Below, piece after piece: positions 60,570 through 64,000 of a DNA stretch of 64,000 nt. The notes under the pieces were generated by a model, which did no database searches, was not told the origin of the DNA, and was given only the letters and a program-made list of their open reading frames with translations. Made by a program: the position numbers and the translations under genes. Position 1 is the stretch's first letter, and each line of letters opens with the position of its first letter. Origin of the DNA: Octopus sinensis. Taxonomy: Eukaryota. The stretch covers positions 112,840,001-112,904,000 of the forward strand of contig NC_042998.1 in the NCBI RefSeq assembly GCF_006345805.1. The letters are read 5' to 3'.

Positions 60570-63500
60570 CATCATCATCGTTTAACGTCCGTTTTCCATG
60601 CTGGCATGGGTTGGACAGTTTGACTGGGGTCTGGGAAGCCAGGAGGCTGCACCAGGCCCCAATCTGATCTGGCAGTGTTTCTACAGCTGGGTGCCCTTCC
60701 TAACGCCAACCACTCAGAGAGTGTAGTTGGTGCTTTTTACGTGCCACTAGCACAAGGGGCCAGAGGAGCTGGCATCGACTGCGATCGGATGGTGCTTTTT
60801 ACGTGCTACCGGCATGGGACACACAGCTACAATTTCCATTTGATTTGATTTTGATATTGCTGATGTACATACTTGTACTTGTATTTGTGGCGACATTCAC
60901 CCTGAGCAGGTTGAGTCGGCTTCTTCTAGCACCCTCAAGGCATCTCGAACCATGGCAGCCCACGCACGACGGTCCTGCGCCAGTTCACTGGAGATAGCGA
61001 GCCAGTCACGGTTCCATCGGCGCAGGCCGACCACCTGCAGACCCATGAGCATGGAGAGGTCCTCCTTGATCGTCGTAGCCCAGGTCTTCAGCTGACCGCC
61101 CGCGCGTTTCCGCCAGTTGGGAAGTGGAGTTGGGAGGACATCATGGCTCAGTTCACCCACCAGACGCCTACATGCATGGCCAAACCACCGCAAGCGCCGA
61201 TGTTAATGTACTTGACTCAATAGGTCTCCTCAAGCATGGCATGTCGCCCTACAACCCAAGAGACCTTTGAGTGGGCTGATTATGAGACACTGGTGAAGGT
61301 TACAGCTGTGGACTCACTTTATTTGCCGGGTCTTCTCAGTCACAGCATACCTCCAGAGGTCTCAGTCTTTTGTGATTACCTCTGTGAGGCCCAACGTACA
61401 AAGGTCATGCTTCACCACCTCATCCCATGTCTTCCTGGGTTTCCCTCTACCTCGGATTCCTTCCACTGTTTGGGAGTGGCACTTCTTCACACAGCTCTCC
61501 TCATCCATCTGCAGTACATGACCATACCAATACAAACATCTCTCTTGCACTCCACATCCAATGCTTCTTATGCATCCGCTGCATGTGAAAGCTATCTTCC
61601 AGGTTAATCTTCCTTTGATGTTGCTGCACATCTTATGTGTCCATAGCTGACGCCGAGAATATCTTATGGAATTTCTACCTACACCTTTTCTACAGATCGA
61701 GCAGGGTCACCTACCTGAAGGGATGTGTGATGTGTTCGCCTTCCTACTTACGAGAACTTTGGTTTTTGCAACATTGACTCTAAGGCCCTTCGATTCTAAA
61801 CCTTGCTTCCAAACTTTAAGTTTCTTCTCTAGTTCTGGTAGTGATTCTATGAAGGCCAGATCATCAGCATAGTGAAGTTCCCAGGGGTAACCTGTCTTGA
61901 ATTCCTCTGTTATTGACTGGAGGACTATGATGAATAGGAGGGGGCTGAGGGCTGATCCTTTGTGGACCCCTACTTCTACCCGGAATTCTTCACTATACTC
62001 ATTTCCAATCCTAACCCTACTGACAGCATCTCTGTAAAGGGCCTGTACAGCTCTTATTAACCATTCGTCAATCCCCAGTTTCTGCATCGCCAACCAGATA
62101 AGGGATCAGGGGACCCTGTCAAAGGTTTTCTTCAAATCCACAAAAGCTAAATATAGGGGTTTATCTTTGGCTAGGTATTTCTCCTGCAGTTGCCGTACCA
62201 GGAATATAGCATCAGTGGTGCTTCTACCTGGCACAAAACCGAACTGCATCTAATCTAAGCGAACTCTCTCCCTTATTAGTTGGGCTATGACCTTCATCAC
62301 CTGATCCAGCAATTAGATACCCCTGTAGTTATTTCTGTCTAAAGCATCACTTTTACCTTTGTAGCAGTTGACTATGGTGCTGCTATGCCAGTCATTGGGT
62401 ATGACTCCATCATGAACAACCTGGTTTACAATACAGGTGACTAGGCCAAAGCCCACACCACCAGATGTTTTAAGCATCTCAGTGGTGATTCTTGATGGGC
62501 CAGAGGCTTTTCCTGGCTTCATATCTTTAATTGCTTTATCTACCAGGGTGCTGTTTTTTCAGATAGCTGGTCCCTATACTGGACCAACATTTGGCAGGCT
62601 CTCCTCCTCCCACTCATTCTCCACATTCAACAGTCTTTCATAATGGCTCCTCCGAGTCTCATTCTTTTCCAAATCATTAAAAGCAAGTGCACCATCATCC
62701 ATGCAGACACGTTTTTCTCATGTGACATCACAATTTTCTCTCACGCTGTCTTGCAATACAGAATACTTCAGTTCCTTGGTCCTCACGTCGCTGGACAATG
62801 GCAAACTCCTTTTCTGCTTCGCCCTTGGCTATGTATACCTGTCACCCAGCCTCCTTTTTGGCTATCTGGTACAGTTCCCTGCTACCCCCACCCTTCCAAG
62901 CCTGTTTCTTTGCTCTGATGGCTTTGTCTACCATATTATTACCCCACCACGTTACTCTAGGTCTGGAAGTCTATGCTGGTGGGTGCATTCCTCACCAGGG
63001 AGGGTCTTTGTATTTAAGAGCAACCCTGCGTCCCGCTGTCTGGTGAGGATGAAATCAATCTGGCAAGCTGAGTCCCCTGACTGATAGGTTATCAAGTGGC
63101 TGTCTGGCTTCCTGAACTTAGTGTTGCAGATTAAAAGGTTACATGTATCACAGAACTCCAGTAGCCTAGTTCCCTCATCGTTCTGGGAACCAATACCATG
63201 GCCCCCATGTACACCAGTAAAGATACCAGATTTCCGCCCAACATGCCCATTAAAATCTCCAGCCACAAAGATGAGGTAGCCTGAGGAAGGGTATCATAGA
63301 AGTGGTCCTTCAGATCATTTGGTAGCTCCGCATGTGGGGCATAGGCGGAGATAATTGTAGCTGTGCTGTTCTGCAGGACTAGCCTGAGCTTAAACACTAT
63401 CGCATACCCTAACAACCTCTATGATTTTATCCACCCATTTCTCTACAAGGAGTATGTCTACACCTCCTACACCATCCATGTTACCTTGCCAGAAGACTTT

Positions 63501-63650
63501 ATACCAATGTGCCTTGCATGTGAGGACTCTAGCTGAAGCTCCTCTCCATCTTACCTCTTGTATGCAGCATACATCAACCCATCTCCTTTCAAGCATCTCT
63601 ACAATCTCACTAGACCTACCTTTCAGTGTGCCAAGATTCACAAACTGTTT
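60570..63650 (-). mobile_element. Decayed full-length-type RTE LINE (APE + RT + 3' UTR)
   Basis: ORF pieces 63390..63641 (NLGTLKGR, QEVRW), 62952..63266 (GDFNGH, QIDFIL), 62313..62522, 61707..62093 (YADD), 61362..61631. (GAT)n tail at about 60570. Confidence 0.92.
60869..61200 (-). mobile_element. 3' fragment of a second RTE-like LINE family nested in the 60570-63650 3' UTR
   Basis: ORF 60897..61193 (RWFGH, GGQLKTW, QDRRAW), (TACAAG)n tail, imperfect 11-bp TSD tgctgatgtac / tgttaatgtac. Confidence 0.8.
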
Positions 63651-64000
63651 CTATCTACAAAGCTGAGAAAATATCATCCTAACAATTTAAATTACTAAAA
63701 AGTGTAACTTGAAAGTTCTGGCCAGGTTCTGAAAATATTCGAGTCATTATAAGTGATGGAGAAAAGTGCTAAATGTTTATAAGCTGAATATTATTGCGAA
63801 CTGCCTTTATTCATATATTATGTTATGTTCATTGTAAAAAGAGCGGCAGGATAGAGTACCTTACATACAAAATAAATTCAAGTGAAAAGCAGGTTCAGAA
63901 CAATCCATGGATTCTCCTTTCATCAAAAGATACTGCTTGAAATATATAAATATAGTGTCATAACAAGAAATTATATGGGTGGTGCTGGTTCCAAAAGTTG

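Overview
AT-rich, repeat-dense eukaryotic DNA, most likely from an octopus (inferred from the repeat families, not proven). Most of the window is one complete minus-strand gene, FIG4 (Sac-family PI(3,5)P2 5-phosphatase). I reconstructed it by hand as 23 coding exons from ATG at 58479 to TAA at 5988: 2766 nt, 921 aa, all exon phases compatible, catalytic CVDCLDRT motif intact. Twenty-one introns are GT-AG. Intron 7 has a perfect U12 donor (ATATCCTT) and branch site (TCCTTAAC) but ends in AG, so it is a rare AT-AG minor intron. At the left is a probable Lys/Ser-rich terminal exon of an unidentified convergent gene. The introns hold RTE LINEs whose RT carries an inserted C4HC3 PHD-like finger, two CR1-like families, an R4/Dong-like remnant, a Gypsy gag remnant with a tRNA-Trp PBS, mariner, Tigger, hAT and piggyBac-type MITEs, and tRNA-derived SINEs. 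There is also a composite G-rich non-coding element that borrows the RTE 3' end, and a hairpin-dense 370-bp cassette. No CRISPR array, rRNA or true tRNA gene was found. Repeat boundaries are approximate. Comparisons to human FIG4 are from memory and need an alignment.
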